This document shows, one piece after another, positions 49,673 to 50,779 of a stretch of DNA of 50,779 nucleotides; positions within the stretch are counted from its first letter, which is position 1, and each line of letters begins with the position of its first letter. A model generated the notes under the pieces. The model worked only from the letters and a program-made list of their open reading frames with translations, was not told the origin of the DNA and ran no database searches. The stretch spans positions 1 through 50,779 of the forward strand of contig RBZT01000492.1 of NCBI GenBank assembly GCA_003693705.1. Reading direction: 5' to 3'. The translations under genes were made by a program, and so were the position numbers. The DNA is from Polymyxa betae A26-41 (taxonomy: Eukaryota; Protista; Endomyxa: Phytomyxea).

Positions 49673-50779
49673 GAGCATCCACAGCGGTTGCGTGATTGCG
49701 TGCGTGATTGGACATTTTTGAATAAATCGCGCATGCTTGAAATTTTACGGTCTGCCAGCGGTGCGTGTTTGCTATTGGAGGGTTGCGACCGCGACGAGGC
49801 GCGACCTGTTTAAGGCAGCGTGTTCTGCAATTTTCAGGGCGATCGTGGCTGTTACTGGTCACACGTTTGCGAGCTAGTTTGGACCTAAATACAAATCACT
49901 TTTTTGATCCTAACTGTCTGTCGTTCGTGGAAACCAACATTTGCATGCGTGGAAAATCCTGCAGCGGGACTTCATGCGCCCAATTAAACGAATGGAATCC
50001 TGCATGGGCGAATAAAATTTCTCATATTTTCTCCAGTATCTCTTGACCTTTTTCTTGCCATGGCTCCTCACTTCAACTCCAACGAAAATAAGCGACTATG
50101 CAATGCTTGGATGGACATATCGCAGGATCCCATTAAAGGAAATAATCAAAAGAAGGAAGATTTATGGACGATGATAGCCGATGAGCTCAACGGCGAGGCT
50201 ATTCCCGATCAAAAGGAATATCGTAACCAAGATCAACTGTATAACCGTTTTCGGGTTAGTTTGCTGCAATTCTACTAAGCATATGCGTCATAACAAATTT
50301 TTGCTAGGCAATTCAAACAATCGTCAATAAATTTATTTCCGCTCTGAAAGTTGCTAAATCTTCTCCACCATCTGGCTGGAACGAAGCCAACTATTACCAA
50401 AGGGCGAAAGAGCTATATCATGACAAAAACGGGAAGGATTTCCAGTTGGATCACTGCTACGATATCCTCCAGCGGATGGAGAAGTTCACACTTGAACCTG
50501 CAATTTCTGACAAGAAGCTGGCGAGAGCAGACGAATTGCTCTCGCCCCCACAAGAAAGGCGGAGCTGAAGACGCCCTCCCGTCCGCCTGGACGTAAGCAG
50601 GCGAAACGCCTGCAATATGGTACGCCGGATGTAGATATAGAAATTCGGCATGCGAAGCTTGCTAAAATTCAAGCACAAATAGAGGCAGCTAAGGCCTCGG
50701 CGGAGAAAGATCGTTCGATTGCAAAAGATCTTGCTGACCTTCGTAATAAGGCTAAGGGCAACCCTAACCCGGCACCGGT
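49673..50779 (+). mobile_element. Left end of a PIF/Pong (Harbinger) element running off the window
   Basis: TAA target site at 49670-49672, then the TIR-like GAGCATCCACAG, GCGTG-rich subterminal repeats and a Myb/SANT ORF1. Confidence 0.8.
50060..50779 (+). pseudogene. Harbinger/Pong ORF1 (Myb/SANT, NAM-associated type), one intron, one frameshift, 3' end outside the window
   Basis: FNSNENKRLCNAWMDISQDPIKGNNQKKEDLW..RNQDQLYNRFR|AIQTIVNKF..SGWNE..FQLDHCYDIL with intron 50255-50307. This frame stops at 50566-50568, while RPPGRKQAK continues in the -1 frame. Confidence 0.8.

Noticed and set aside
50760-50770. AACCCTAACCC at the window end, resembling a telomere
   Set aside because: It is under two repeat units and encodes N-P-N-P within the Harbinger ORF1 frame.

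Overview
Eukaryotic nuclear DNA from a very gene-dense genome with many short (about 45-60 nt) spliceosomal introns and short intergenic gaps. Centrin-3, axonemal dynein light chain 4, an LRRC72-like gene and a CEP76/CC2D2A-type gene point to a flagellated stage. A compact-genome protist such as a phytomyxid would fit, but that is inference only. Manual splicing gives about 27 genes. Housekeeping genes include BolA2, an A1 aspartic protease, mitochondrial L17, DLST, 3-hydroxyacyl-CoA dehydrogenase, centrin-3, HINT, ALG2, DNAL4, a TFIIIA-like 9-finger protein and NAD kinase. BolA2 and HINT are not recognisable in the ORF track. An accessory-looking block at about 19.4-25.7 kb holds an ankyrin-RING ligase, a divergent pair of SMP/LEA-like paralogs, a small secreted protein and a poorly resolved membrane-protein gene. 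The right end (48.1-50.8 kb) holds PIF/Harbinger DNA: a decayed, internally deleted element with transposase remnants, and the left end of a second element with its Myb/SANT ORF1. The most notable oddities are a MAD1-like gene lacking its C-terminal region, a triple Myb/SANT plus AT-hook gene that may be Harbinger-derived, an intronless ArsB/NhaD transporter, a pseudokinase, a UBZ-only protein and relaxed splice sites. I cannot support a claim of a wholly new multi-gene system. All exon structures are manual predictions.
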